From assembly GCA_951406725.2 (NCBI GenBank), contig OX597835.1:8990001-9054000 (forward strand): a stretch of DNA of 64,000 nucleotides, read 5' to 3'. Numbering within the stretch: position 1 is the stretch's first letter; each line of letters opens with the position of its first letter. The stretch comes from Octopus vulgaris (Eukaryota). The notes beneath the pieces are model-generated. The model was not told the DNA's origin and did not search any database. It saw only the letters and a program-made list of their open reading frames with translations. The position numbers were made by a program, and so were the translations under genes. Positions 14,884-30,175 of this stretch are shown here, piece after piece.

Positions 14884-15105
14884 AAGGCAGCGAGCTGGCA
14901 GAACCGTTAGCACGCCGGGCGAAATGCGTAGTCGTATTTGGTCTGCCGTTATGTTCTGAGTTCAAATCCGCTGAGGTCGGCTTTGCCTTTCATCCTTTCG
15001 GGGTCGATAAATTACCAGTTACGCACTGGGGTCGATGTAATCGACTTAATTCGTTTGTCTGCCCTTGTTTGTCCCCTCTATGTTTAGCCCCTTGTGGGTA
15101 ATAAA
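14884..15105 (+). mobile_element. tRNA-derived SINE, family D, full length
   Basis: AAGGCAGCGAGCTGGCAGAA…GAGTTCAAATCC…TTTGCCTTTCATCCTTTCGGGGTCGATAAA; 20-bp TSD CATATATCATTCATCCTCAT at 14864-14883 and 15106-15125. Confidence 0.92.
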
Positions 15106-15525
15106 CATATATCATTCATCCTCATCATCATACGCCCATCACACACATATAGATTTATAGATGTATATAATATATGCCGATACATAAATGATTGTTTGTA
15201 CGTGCGTATGTAAATTATATACACATGTATACGTACACACACACAAAATATGTATATATTCACACATGTAAGCACGTAAATATGTGTGGATATGTTTCTT
15301 ATGTGTGCCTACATATTCATACATTTTGAATAAATTCATATAATCAACTACTTAAGCGGTGTAGAACCCAGCTAATATATACACGTCAATGTCCTTTTCT
15401 AAAATATAGTGATTCTTGCAAAAAAAATAATCTACTGATAACGGATTTACCATGTATATATATCTGTGGTTATGCGTGCGTAAGAGAGTATGAGATGTAT
15501 GAAAGGGCTTTCCGTATGTATGTGT

Positions 15526-15788
<263 letters not shown>

Positions 15789-17519
15789 TTAAATATAAAT
15801 ACGTTGAGTATGCATTTTTTTTAAACTCCGAAACTAATCTCGAGATATTTATGCAATGGATTACTTTCAAAGTATGTATCTTGCGCTCAAGGACAGATTT
15901 TAGCGTGAAATACTTATGTTCAGAATATTTTAAACGCAATAACTAAAGTGTTATTATATCGCTAACATATTTCATGCATACACCTCCTCTAGAGACAGGT
16001 TCCCAGAAATATTTTAACACAACGTCCACATTATTTCAATTTCCTTTTACCTAAAATTTTATCTGTTTTTGTCTTTCTCCTGGGGCTAAATATATTCTAT
16101 TCAAAGTGCAATTTTATCGGGTTTATCATTTTTGTTTTTATTCCGTGTGATTTCGTGATATGTGCTTAGACGTTGATCTGTTTAGTGTATATAGGTTTGA
16201 ATATTTGAACAACGTATTGGAATATAGGAAACGTAAGAAGACATCTTTAAATATATTTCGTTTGTTGTTATTTTCTTTGTTTGTGTCCCATTCTATATCG
16301 AGCTTCTTCTTTAAGTGGCACAGCCGTAATACAAGCCACAACGCTGCTCCATGAAGCTGATTGTTCATTCGCTTTCATATGTCCCCATATTCATACAATG
16401 TCTCCTCGCCAACAACGTCATGGTAATTCAGTGTTAGTTATTTTCTACATTTGTCATAGAGTTTCATATATAACATATATTTCTTGGTGCTTGGAAATGA
16501 TTGACACCGTTAACATTACGGAGCAGTTAAAGCTGAGGTTTCATGATCATAGTTGACATGAACTGTAGATTTAGTTACAAATTTTATGCTTCGGATTCAG
16601 ATTTATCCGAAGCATCATTTGCATTCATTCGTCTGTTGCCGATAAACTGCGTATCAACAATTTGTGTGGGTTTACTTCAATCGATTCTATGCCTGCGAAC
16701 CTAAATATACTTGTAACAATGAAAGTAAACAACGTCACTGATACTTAAGTACTATTTTCTTGGAACTAAAAACCAAGTTTTACTTTTTATAATCATTTTG
16801 AACTCGGATAGATCAAAAACGTTTCAGGTTTTCCGTCAGAACTTTCAAAGTCTTGAACCCGAAGCTCAAAATCTCCGTTAATAATGGATTTAAATCTCTT
16901 TGAGGTATCGCTTTGATCCTATCTTCAACTTTACTCGTTTGAAGTTATCTTTCTGAAATGCAATCGTGATATCTGAGAATCTTTTAGCCGTTATTTTTAT
17001 ATATTTATTCATTTTATTTGTGTGTAAAATTAAACGTTACGAGTATATAAGCGTACAACTTATTCATCAGAAATCTAGTTTCCTTAAAAACACCTCCACA
17101 TATTCAGACTCTTATGCAATGTATGTATAAGTTTACGGTATTCATTTCATTCCCAAATCCATTGGTCTTGTAGTTCTTTACACCCAGACTAATAACGTTC
17201 AGCCAAATAGGCCTTTAGGCAAATATTTTGATACACACACATATAGACACATACTTATATGCTATCTCTTTGAGGATGTGCAACCATGTTAGGATTCTAG
17301 AGTTGGCTTGTGCAATGACAATATCACCGCAGCCGTTAAAATATTACCTTATTTACCTCAGTATTGTACATAGATGTCTAAATTAATATAAGCTGTTTTA
17401 TCAGCGATAATTAATTTGTCTGTTGTCTGCTGTTAAATTGAATTCTTTGTTAGTGAGAATTTTAATATTGGATTCAGATTTTATACAAGGCTAGTAATTT
17501 TTGGAGGATGTGTTTTACT

Positions 17520-17685
17520 AGATTAAATACATCCAGTGTTCAACTACTTTATATTTTATAGACACTGAAAGATGAAAGCACAGTTGACCTCAACGGAATT
17601 TGATCGCAGAATGCAAAGTATCGGAAGAAATACCGCTAAGCATCTTCTCCAACACGCTAACGATTCTACCAGGTGGCCGTCCTTA
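17520..17685 (-). mobile_element. Diverged family D SINE
   Basis: GAAAGATGAAAGCACAGTTGACCTCAACGGAATTTGA…AAATACCGCTAAGCAT…GCTAACGATTCT. Confidence 0.65.
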
Positions 17686-18867
17686 ACCATAGTTATAACA
17701 TTGATGTGGAATTTGGGAATAAGTCCAGGAACTTGGCGAGACGGCGTAAGTGAATTTCATCAAATGAATTACATTAGACGTAGTTATATTATTGATAGAA
17801 ACGTGAATGCATATCCCTGAAAAGTGTCGATGAAAATGAAAAAATGCGATTTGAGGAAAGATATTTTGACTCGCTGCTGCAGAGGCGAAAGAGTACATTT
17901 TCTATGGTGTTGTAGCCTTTAAAAGGGACAATAGCAATAAAAGCAGAGTGTGAGATAGAAATCAAAATATAAACTAGATTCTCTCGGTCGACATGTATTT
18001 TACAACATGCATCAAACCATTTTTTTGTAAATATAAACCAAGGGAATTCTAGGTCTACGAAAATTAGAGATATTTATTGTTTCAGAAACGTAATTTAGGT
18101 GCCTTGAAATGTATTTCCTATTGCATTAAAACCTTATTCATAGAATATGCTTGCAAGAATTTTATGGAAAAACACCTTCATGCATAATTAATAGGAAGCG
18201 CTGTGGAATGGAAACCAGTTTCCTTAGTTAGAATTACAAAATCAAAAGAAATAATCGTAAAAATATCGAAATATGAATAGCACTTCGCTATTTGATGAGT
18301 TGCAGTGAAGTTCATTACCATTTGCAGAACACGAGTTATTTCCATTTCGTCACGTGTCAAAGCGCAGCATACATTCGTATATTCTGTTTAATGGGAATAA
18401 AACACACTTAATCAATGGAGGTTGGTGGTATTCGTGAAATTTCTTTTTCATGATGAATGCTAGCTCATGGAAATATTTAAGGTCATATTTTGTATCGATA
18501 TTCAAATAACACATCAATTTTTGAGTATCTAAATGTAAACACATCTCAGCAGAATCTCTATTAAAATAACTTTCAGTTAGCGTTACGTAGTAATGTTTCA
18601 TGGACATCACCTAAAAAGACTTGTACTCTGTCATATAGTTCCATAGAAACACGGACACCGTTGAGAGGGTTGCATTGTGTAGTGAAGAATTTTATGTATT
18701 CGCACTAAAATCATTTCTTCTATTAATGAAAGAAGCAACTACAGCGACATCAAAGGCATTTTAAAAACGATCTGCTCTGAGAAAATTATTATTTTCGAGA
18801 CAGAGTATATCCTTCCAATATTTCTATCCCAAATGTAATGTTCACAGTTCGTTTCGCAAAGTATATA

Positions 18868-19265
18868 TCTTTATATATAAAAGTGATGTTGTGTGCTGTC
18901 TGTCTCCTACGATTTAGATTCCTAACTTCTCCCACATTTTGCGGTGCAGTTTAACCAAAACCGGGTATCTTATAGTCATGATTGATATCGAGCCCTTCTG
19001 GGTATTAGCGCGCGTCTACGATGAGTCTACGATTTTAAAAAGAATTTACCATCAATTTTTCCCATTTTAATGCATTTTTGGCATATATAAGGGAAGTAAC
19101 ACTCGAAAAATTTATTATAAAATCTCAGAACGTAAAAGGCTACAGTAACACACACCCCCCTTTGTGGTTAGCCGTATTGAGATGGCTATTATACTTTACA
19201 TCTCTAAAAATGCTAATATAGTTATTTCCCTTACAAACCCGAGCAACGCCGGGCGATACTGCTAG
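18868..19265 (+). mobile_element. Non-autonomous Helitron
   Basis: 5' TC preceded by A; 3' CTAG followed by T; GC-rich subterminal hairpin CCCGAGCAACGCCGGG at 19238-19253; no TSD; second copy at 54249-54548. Confidence 0.88.
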
Positions 19266-19815
19266 TATATGCATAAATTATAAAAAGAAAGAAAATAATT
19301 GACTAGGAAACTGATATATTTGGATATAAAGACCAATGTAGATACGTGTACAAGCATAGAAAACGAAATACACAAAATTCTAGATCAGTAAACAGCTAAA
19401 TCCTACTCCAATTGGAAAGCAAATGTAAAATTACAGTTTATTAAAAAACACTACAACAATGTTCCTTGCCAATAAACCTTTACAACTTGTATATAACTGT
19501 AAACTCATATTCAGTTTTGGCTTAGACGAGGGATCCTTTAAGAACTCAGTTCTTTATTCGTAGACCGAGTAGACCGTGGTGCTCTTGAACAAAACATTTC
19601 ATACCATGTTGATCATCTGTTTCGCGGTATACAGTGTATTTGTTCAGGAAACGTCGATTTGAGCTAATGTACAGCACATATATTTGATCGCTATAAACAA
19701 ATTATTTGTGTAGGTTGTTCCGACAAAACAGAACGCTCATACGTCGATCTCGACAGGAGTAACCATCGTATGTGAACATATATGATATGATATAATGATA
19801 TATATATATATATAT

Positions 19816-20021
19816 TGCAAAATGTGACAGCGTGTGTATCGTTGGCGACTTCCTTCCTCTGTCTTCCCTTCCTTTGGATTTTTCTCTACTTCTGAAGAAG
19901 TGCTTGACTCGAAACGTTGAATCCTCTTTCTTTCCTTTCTTGAGCGTCTGATAATACAACACTTGTACCACGTCCTCGCATTATTACTTTTACTTCTTTG
20001 TTCTTCCATGCTTGGATTCAT

Positions 20022-20022
<1 letters not shown>
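19816..20022 (+). mobile_element. Penelope-like pLTR/retrozyme copy with a degenerate minimal hammerhead (19888-19922)
   Basis: Flanked by (TA)n; CTGAAGA-AGTGCTTGACTC-GAAAC-GTT; homologous to 36249-36446 and 32949-33004. Confidence 0.7.
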
Positions 20023-20044
<22 letters not shown>

Positions 20045-20055
<11 letters not shown>

Positions 20056-20423
20056 GAGGGCATTATATATACATGCCAGAAGGCATTATACATACATGCC
20101 AAACGCTAAGAGGGACAATTAGTCATTTCTACCAAAAATATTACTAATCCCACCGAATGCAATTTTTCAAAGTAAGACAAAGAAAAATTGCATTCGGTGG
20201 GATTAAGTAATATTTTTGGTAGAAATGACTAATTGTCCCTCTTAGCGTTTGGCATGTATGTATAATGCCTCTGGCATGTATATATAATGCCCTCTATATA
20301 TAAATTAATATGTTCAATAAGAAATAATTATTTTCGAAATTTTTTCTCTTATGAGGTTTTTACGCTATCTACCTGACAATTTCTTGTTAAGTTTTCCTTA
20401 TTAAGTAGTTGTCCTTAATTGCT

Positions 20424-20428
<5 letters not shown>
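20045..20428. mobile_element. Fold-back insert in (TA)n: ~124-bp near-perfect inverted repeat plus unique tail
   Basis: Arms 20045-20168 and 20182-20305 with a 13-nt loop; tail runs into (TA)n. Confidence 0.75.
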
Positions 20429-20472
<44 letters not shown>

Positions 20473-20475
<3 letters not shown>

Positions 20476-20705
20476 CGCAGGCATGGTTGTGTGGTAAGAG
20501 ACTTCCTTCCCAATCATATGGTTCTGTGTTCATTCCCATTGCTTGCCACCATGGGCAGGTATCTACCATAGCCTTGGGCTGACTAAAACCTTGTCAGTGG
20601 ATTTGGTAGGCGGAAACTGGAAGGAGACACGTTTATGCGTGTATGTATGTATGTATGTATGTGTGTATGTATGTATGCATGTATGTATGTGTGTATGTAT
20701 GTATT
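20473..20705 (+). mobile_element. Partial family C SINE (5' half to internal microsatellite)
   Basis: AGGCGCAGGCATGGTTGTGTGGTAAG…GTGGATTTGGTAGGCGGAAACTG then (TATG)n. Confidence 0.8.
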
Positions 20706-21529
20706 GGTAGAGTGTAATATCTGCTGCAGTATGACAATAGACTGTACGATCTGCCGACCTGTAGCGGTTTGCACTGGTTTGTGGGCAAACCAATGGGAGT
20801 GGAATGGCTATGGGTTTAAACGCAGACAGAAAATCTCGCAGCCTCATACTGTGCAAAGGACCATGTGCTGCCACCTATTAGTCAGTCTTATGTCTCTCTT
20901 TGTAACACCTGTTTTACCCCGGTTTTCCCTGCAAAACAGAGGCAGGTGTGGAGAGGTGCTATGGCTTGACACAAATTAAGTACCTTCATACCAATCCACT
21001 AACATAAATGAAACAAAACAGATTGTGTATCAACAGTGCTACATCGGAGCTTTTCCACCTGGAAAGTCGACCAAAAGCAATAGCCTGTGTGTGTGCATGT
21101 GTATGTGTGCACGTGCATCTATATTAATGTGTGTGTGTGTACATTTTAGCATGTATATACGCTTAGTATACACATTCTAATGTAATACCTGTACAGATTA
21201 AAAAGTTGATTCTTGTATTTCCAGAAAATTTTAATCCATGTAATAAGATTATAAATTCAGTATTATGCTAAAGACGCAGTAAATATAGTATTACGTTAAA
21301 ACGAAAGAATTTCTTACTTTGCATGCCCGGAGAAAAGTTCTAGATAATTCCATCTTTAGGAATATTCGCTTTCTCGAAGATGTATGACTTTCTGAAACAT
21401 TTATTTATCGGCGTAAATCCCAGGCTTGTCAATAAAATGTTATGCAAAATCGCACAGAGATGATTCTCCCCAGAATTTCTCCTTCTTTCAGGAAGTTGGA
21501 TTCGAACTGTGCTCTCCGGAATGTATGTA

Positions 21530-21805
<276 letters not shown>

Positions 21806-23529
21806 CAACCATCCAGAGATCTGGATGGTTGCACATTTACAAATATTTATTAACATGTTTTTTTACAAATCACAAATAAGCGCATTCACCTACTCATAAA
21901 TTTCGAGTAATTATATTTTTAATACTTTAGATTTTTATAATTTTTGCTTAAATATGTCTATGTGTTACCATTATCCCGATATCCTGCTTCTGATTCCGGG
22001 TTTAAAATTTATAGATACTATGTATATCTCTTCACATATTCCATATGTAAGTACCTTGAGCAGTCCTTCTAGAAATCACCAACTAATTAATTAATTAAGC
22101 ACAAGAATGGCTATTGAACTGATTCTACATAAACTTCCCTTTTAATGTTTATGATTGATTCATAGACACCTTTTAGCTATTTTGGTTATGATATCGTTTT
22201 GGAATTCTTAAGTTTTATTTTATACATCATAACAATATTGTTTATAAACGTTCCCCATAGTGCCCCTAATAAATTTTCCCTGTATTAGCATTTAAAATTT
22301 CTTAGTGGCTTGCCCCTTTAACTGATTTCTAACATCATGATTTAAAGTCTACCCCTACCCTGCTTCTTTTTTATAGACAGTTACTTCTATCAAATTGACT
22401 CTTCCTAATATCTTTCCTGGAGAAAAGGGATATCAATGATAATATTTGTAACCATAGCTGTGTATTCACACTTGTTCTTTATTCAAAATAAACGCGCGTC
22501 ATTAGAGTTATCGGCCTTGACAGTGAGTAGGTTTTAAGCCCAAAATAAACCCAGGAGAAGCTTTGTTTCGACGATCTCACTTGCTGGATGTTTCCTCTCC
22601 GTGATAAATATGTACAACCACTTCGAGTCTATATTTATTAAACATAACGCTACGCTAAGGTGTTTCCTTCTGCCGTGTTGTTGATATAACTATATATCAT
22701 TTACATATAACAAGATTAAATAAATAAACGCCATAATTGCAACGTTACTCTACTTACATTCGATGAATTTCAGATTCAACAGACATTATTTCCTTCTCGA
22801 CTAATTACACTTCCGTTTCTCATTTCTGTACCGAAAGTATTTCACTTCGATATATGATATAATATTATTCATTATACATTTACAACATAGCATTACATAG
22901 TGAAAAAAATTCATAATATACATTATGAGGAATCTTTAAGCCAATCAATCATTATTTTCTTCTATGAGACTATAACCGTATCTAACTCATTTTATACAAT
23001 TTAAATCTGAACTTTCTTTTAGATTAATACAGCTACTCCTCCAAAGATCACTTAATTGAACAGTCTACAAAATATATCTCTGCAATATTAAATTGTTTCC
23101 TAATATGCTATAATGATTAACCCTCACTTTAAATATAGTTTTCTATTTTTGGCTTAAATTACTTGTAAGTTCTACTGTAGTCAGAGTTCTTTTGATTCTA
23201 TGTAGTAATAATAGTTAATCATGAAAAGCACTTTTTTCCAATAACATTTTTACTAATTTCTAAAGACTATATTAGGAAATGAAATTATAACTCTTACGTT
23301 GTATTTATACATATGCACTTTATGTACGCATATACATATATGTGTGTGTGTGTTTGTGTGTGTGTGCGTATATGTGTGTGTGTGCGTGCGTGTGTGTGTG
23401 TTCAGCAAAATTCAGATTTAGATGAATATCGTACTTAAGTTAAAGGCACCAGAATTTTGTATGGTATTCTCCATATAAATCAAATGGGGTGATTATAATC
23501 AAAATAAGCAACAAGGATATCCAAGGTAG

Positions 23530-23617
23530 TGTAGTACAATAGTTTCATGCTACTTCAATTTATTAAACAATGTAAGTATTACATCAGTTTTAAAATGTAG
23601 AGCAATCTTCAGCCACA
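23530..23617 (-). ncRNA. Type-I hammerhead ribozyme candidate (PLE-associated)
   Basis: Minus strand: TGTGG-CTGAAGA-T TGCT…AGCA T-GAAAC-TATT-GTA-CTACA; stem I has 5 bp including one G.U; ~130 bp from a (TG)n tract. Confidence 0.6.
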
Positions 23618-25629
23618 TATAGATATTTTTACTTTAAATGGCAATGTACATTTTTATACTTATTTCATTTGCCAACATTATTAAGAGGGTAGATATATAG
23701 ACAGATATGTTAATTTCATCATTAGGAACATAGTAGTAGAAGGTTCTACTCCATATGTAGATTTTTTATCACTGAGTTCACTTTGTTATTCAGATTTATC
23801 AATGGGGAGGGGGTTTCTTTATTTGGTTCAATGGAAACAAAGAAGATTTTTTTTCTCGTTTTATAGATAGAGGGAAGAGTAGTACAAATGTCGAAGCCAT
23901 AATTCCATCCCCATTTTGAGGAATTTAACATAGGCATATTTGAATGTATTTTGGCTAAAGTTAGTAGGCTGAATCGAGTGGGGTAGGGAGATTAGAGACT
24001 ACTAATGCTCTAGAGATTTCTAATGTCATTTACCATTTAAAGGATATTTATTTAAAATTCACAAGCGGGATTAGGGCTGTTAAATGGTAAGGGACATTGA
24101 TTAAAAGCAAGATGAAGGAGGTATGGAAAATGCACGTTTTGTTTAACTTCACATTCCATTTTAATGATCTGAAAATAAACAAAAATTAACTAAAATTCAC
24201 TAGAAAAAAATATAAAACAAAATAGATTCCAAAATTATTCAAAAGTAGAATTCTCGAAAAAAAAATGTCAAAAGCGTAATAACTTCCAAAATTTAAAAAA
24301 AAAACGTCGGGAACTTAGTTGCCAACCCAGAATATATATACATATTTTAACGCAGGAACTCGAAATAGACGTTGTTATAAATGCCATTGGTAACAATATT
24401 GTTTTAGCCTGTCCTTGACCCTCCATCACACATACTCTCTGGTGTCAGCACATGTACGACCACTGTAACTAACCAACTCTCCCATTTCTCTCCATTTCTC
24501 TCCATTTCTCTCCATTCCTTTCATAAAGCTTATTTTTACCCCCGAAAATTTTTTGTTGTGTATATTAGAATTTTATTATATTTTCAAGAATTGTTTATAA
24601 ACTTCGAGAGATATGAAATAAATGGTTTTAACTGTGGAACTCGAAGTGGGTAAAGCTATTAATAACATGTGAAAAAAAACTCCTTGGTGAGGAAAATCAG
24701 AAAGCTGCGCGCGGGACTTGAACTCACATTTTCTATGTTTATAATAAATGTGCTACCTCCACACAAATGCGACCCATCAAAATTTCTTTAGCCATTTTGA
24801 AGTTTTTCCTGGTCCTGATTTATATGATGAATGAAGTTAATATTTTCCATGGAGTTAGTTTGTTCTTGATAAACATTCAATATTTGAATTTTACAAAGGC
24901 ACACTTATAAATAGCTTCTCTAAATCCATGTGAAAAGCTACTATTCAGTTAGAGGCGTTAAGCATTTCTTCCATATCTACTTAAAGATATAGCAGTGAAT
25001 TTGTATAACCACGCAATATACCTCCGGGATTTAACAAAATTAAATACATCATGGAGCTAACGTATATCAAATTTATATTTTGCCTCCCATAACAAATTTA
25101 ATCAAATTATTTTATCGTGTATGATTCGCACATCAAAATATCATTGGCGAACTACAAGCTCAACTCATATAAAAGTAAGTAAATCTTCATTTATCCTAGG
25201 TTATAGTATAGTCAAGCGATGTGTGAAAGGGTTTTAGAGTAAGATTCTTCTAGGAAATTATATAAATACTATCTTGATAAAAATGATCTCCATCTAAAAA
25301 TGTCTTGATAAAACTTATGATGTGTTGGTGTCGATACCTGAACGAGGATTTTTAGAAGACAGCGATACAGCAAAAAAGATACCGGCAAACCGTCTCTATT
25401 TTTCTCGCTCTGTTGTCAAATAAAATCCCTGATATTTTAGTTTCAACGCTCTTACTGTCAGCAATACAAGTTTCAGACTTTTTTTTTTTTAACTACGTAA
25501 TTTTTTTAACTACGTCACATCACTCACTCCACTTCAGAATCTCAGCAGAAATTGAATTCTAGTTGCTCGATTTTGTTGAAATAATAAATTAACCAATAAA
25601 CGAAGACACAGATTTGATAATATACATAA

Positions 25630-25682
25630 ACACACACACACACATATATATATATACATACAAAAATACATACATAAATACA

Positions 25683-25713
<31 letters not shown>

Positions 25714-25773
25714 ATATATATATACATACATATATAATATATATATATATATGTTTATATATATATATATATA

Positions 25774-25851
<78 letters not shown>

Positions 25852-25966
25852 GTATATATATATATGTACATACATATATAATATATATATATGTATATAT
25901 ATATATGTACATATATATATATACATATATTATATATATATATGTATATATATATATGTATATATA
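25630..25966. repeat. (CA)n/(TA)n microsatellite block
   Basis: Direct reading. Confidence 0.95.
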
Positions 25967-26649
25967 CAACCACTTAGTATCATATTACTCACATAATTAT
26001 ATATAATTATATATAGTGTTCTGTAATTCCTTTCCTTGATCAATAATATGTAATCCTCATGGAAAATTCAGAAACTGTACGTGATGTATAGCGGTTTCTT
26101 TAGCTTTATAAAAAATTATAACCAAAACAGGAATCATATCAGATAAATCAATGCAAACATGGAAATCAGGGCTAATCGAAACTATAATGAAAGATCATTG
26201 AGAGTAAGAGGAAGAAACTGGAGCAAATAAATCTCAGATCAATTCATTTATCGTAAAACGGTGTTAATTTACGACACTCAAGCACGTAGGAAAATAAGCT
26301 TATTTTCTGCACCGCTAAAATTTATGCCTTATTTATTCGATAGGAAAATATGTATGATGGGATCTAGGGAGCATGCTCCAAGTACGAATATAAACAAATC
26401 GATTAGATTCATCTATAATAATAGATGAATCTTATCGATTTTGTTATATTCGGGATCTGCCTATATCATATACAGTACACACATACACAACTATATCATA
26501 AAGATGTATATATATATATATATTATATATGTTTATATATATATATATATTTGTATGGGTGCATGTGTGTGTATGTGTGTGTACGTGTGTATAAACATGT
26601 AGATAGACACATTTACACACATAGAAACTTGCATGAGATCGTACATATA

Positions 26650-26745
<96 letters not shown>

Positions 26746-27369
26746 TACAAGAGCAGGCAAACGGACACGGGCACACAAAATGTTATAGAAAACTGTACGA
26801 TCTGCACGTAATCCTTAGGTGAAACATTATTTCATTGTTACCATGAATCGCACTCCTGATACGTATCCATTGATCCTTCCAAGTCAAAACGCAGAAATAG
26901 ACAGAGATCCATTTCTTAAACAGTAGAATTTTCCGTCAGATATTATTGGCTGAAATATTAGTTGAAATCATTAATTAAAATTCTCTACGTTTTCCCACGA
27001 TACTGCAGAAATTAATTGAAATATAGGGCCTGACCGTTGATCAAATAAGAATCTAAGCAAATCTTTCAATATTATTCCTATAGAGAAACCAGGAGAGGTT
27101 TCTATTCAGCCCGTTTCACTCAATGAGTCGTCCAGCTTCCTTATCAAAAGAATTCTGTTGCCATCGCGTTGTGTATAAATAAGCATTGCTTAATTCGTGA
27201 GACAACATCAAAAGCAAAAATATTATCATTCTATCCACAATGGTTCTAACCTAGTCCATGGCTATATTGCAAGCAATTTAAATGGGGATATTGAATAGAG
27301 AAGGAAGCTAGATATACCTATATAAAAGGAGATATATAAACAGAGTGAGAGAGAGAGAGAGAGATAAAC

Positions 27370-27789
27370 AGGCGCAGGAGTGGCTGTGTGGTAAGTAGCT
27401 TGCTAACCAACCACATGGTTCTGGGTTTAATCCCACTGCGTGGCATCTTGGGCAAGTGTCTTCTGCTAAACCTCCGGGCTGACCAAGGCCTTGTGAGTGG
27501 ATTTGGTAGACGGAAACTGAAAGAAGCCTGTCGTTTATATGTATATATATATGTACATGTATGTATGTGTATGTGTTTGTGTGTCTGTGTTTGTACCCCT
27601 AGCATTGCTTGACAACCGATGCTGGTGTGTTTACGTCTCCGTCACCTAGCGGTTCGGCAAAAGAGACCGATAGAATAAGTACTGGGCTTACAAAAAACAA
27701 GTCCCGGGGTCGAGTTGCTCGACTAAAGGCGATGCTCCAGCATGGCCGCAGTCAAATGACTGAAACATGTAAAAGAGTAAAAGAGTAAA
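27370..27789 (+). mobile_element. tRNA-derived SINE, family C, full length with internal (TA)/(TG) microsatellite and (AAGAGTA)n tail
   Basis: AGGCGCAGGAGTGGCTGTGTGGTAAG head; tail GTAAAAGAGTAAAAGAGTA; about 9 related copies in the window. Confidence 0.92.
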
Positions 27790-28290
27790 GTGAGAGAGAA
27801 GGCAAAAAGGAAAGAGCAAGACAGGAAAGAGATTAATAATGGATAGATTGATACATGCTCAAAATATTGGTTTTAAATATTGGCACAAGGTCATCAAAAT
27901 CGGAGATATGGAGAGGTTTATTACATTGACCCCATTGTTCAGCTGGGCCTTATTTCAACCTATCACAAAAGGATGAAAGACAACCTGAACTCAGATCGTA
28001 AAGACGGACGAAATGACACTAAACGAGAAACGCTAATGTTTCTGCCAGCTTGCCGCCTCATATATACACAAAATATTATAATCTAGACACAAAATATACA
28101 TGTACACTCCATTAAATGGCAGAAATGCATTAATTTTAACTGTATTTTGTTTGTTTATTTTTATTAAGCATTAATGTCCTTGTAATCATTTTACTATTTT
28201 AAACTAGTTTTATAAACTATAAAAATCGATTTTCGTCATTAGACTAAGTTTTATAATGTTCTTACTAAATGTTACTTTTGTACTGAATTG

Positions 28291-28501
28291 AAATACAGGT
28301 ACAACAGAAACAGGAAGTAAGAGTGAGAGAAAGATGTGGTGTAAGAGTGCCGCAGGGATCACCACCATCCCCTGCCGGAGCCTCGTGGAGCTTTAGGTGT
28401 TTTCGCTCAATAAGCACTCACAACGCCCGGTCTGGGAATCGAAACCGCGATTCTATGACCGCGAGTCCGCTGCCCTAACCACTGGGTCATTGCGCCTCCA
28501 C
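28291..28501 (-). mobile_element. Family A SINE lacking its 3' tail but with a 20-bp TSD
   Basis: Head ends at 28500 (…TGCGCCTCCA); TSD GTTACTTTTGTACTGAATTG at 28271-28290 and 28502-28521. Confidence 0.9.
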
Positions 28502-29271
28502 GTTACTTTTGTACTGAATTGTTAGGTTGAGTTTTGTTATTTAAACGCTTTTTTTTTTTATTTTGGCCAAACCCAAATGTATTATTTAGCAGTTGGTAGC
28601 GTTTGTTATGTTCTGTTTTTTTCTCGATCCTTCCTTTATTTTCTTTGGTCGGTTCTTTTGCGATGAAGTCTTTTATTTAGCTTTCTGGCTGTTGTTTAGC
28701 AAAAACTGAATACTCCAGTGTTGTGTCATAACGAATCTATCTTTGGTTTCAATATATTTTTGTTTGTCCCTATTTATTTAAAGATTTGATGGGACAGTTC
28801 AGTCGCTAACGACTCTCTTGGGATTTATGATCTGAGTATCAATACAGACATCAACAGAACAACACAGAGAAATCTACGGACAGAATTAACACGCCCAGTA
28901 AATCAGCAAAAATGGCAACACAATCAAAATGACACCACCAAAGTGAAAAGAAAAATGGTGGAAATCAACGAATCAAAACAATATGGAGGAATATAGAAAA
29001 ACGATTCCACTTGCATGAAAAATATATCCATTGACAATAAAAATAAATCAGATGGCTAAGAGTGGGTGTGATTTTAAGGATGAAACAGGGGATTAAATAT
29101 AAAATATTGTATTGCAGGCTTTTATATGTGTTTCATGGAAGACACCACAAATAAAATGTCACCTTGGAGTATAATAAGCGTTGTTTGACAAGATTAGAGG
29201 TGGCATGTGCCTGCATGTCCAATCACGTACACCATGGAACGTGTTCAAAACCGCGGAGCAAAAAAGCGCGC

Positions 29272-29319
<48 letters not shown>

Positions 29320-29995
29320 CTGTGTGATTTTATGTAAAAAGAGTCAGATGAATATACATATGTGTGTCTATATATGTGTGTATATGTAAGTCTGCATGCG
29401 TACATACACGCACACATATGTGCATGTGTGTATATATGTGTGTCTGCGTATTTATATACGTACATACCTCCATACACATATAACTCATACATTTACCTGT
29501 GCATGGAGGTTGGTAAGGTGTGCATTGATATTTTGCTTTTATTATTAACCTTTTGTACAAGCTGATGAGTGTGTGTATGTGGTTTTTGTGAAATTTTACA
29601 AGAGATTAAAAAAAAATATCGTAATGTTTTGGACATTTTTTCCGAACATTTATTTTGAAAACTCTTCTTCAACTGGGATGGAATGAATATCGATGTGCGA
29701 AGACGTAAACAAAATAACTGCTTAATACATAAGTACGTTTCGTAATTTAATTCCTAACTTTTTAAATAAATAAGTGCTATTAAACCATGGAACCCGTATA
29801 TTAAATTTCACGGAAGCATCAATAATAGATATTTGGAAGCTATAAATATTTATGATTAAAAATACGATGATTATAAAATGGGGGAAAAGAGATAACGCTA
29901 TATCACGAAATAAATGCAGCAACGTGCATGTTTAATCTGCCGATTTGGGAGGGAAATTTATTCATATACGTATACCAATGCATCCCCATAAACAT

Positions 29996-30096
<101 letters not shown>

Positions 30097-30175
30097 TATA
30101 TACAAATATAGATATATTTATATACAAACATATATGCATATATATATATATATATATACATATACATAAAGATAT

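Noticed and set aside
23746-24030. GIY-YIG C-terminus upstream of the 23530 hammerhead
   Set aside because: Only a vague resemblance (LEIS.AL); cannot be supported without an HMM search
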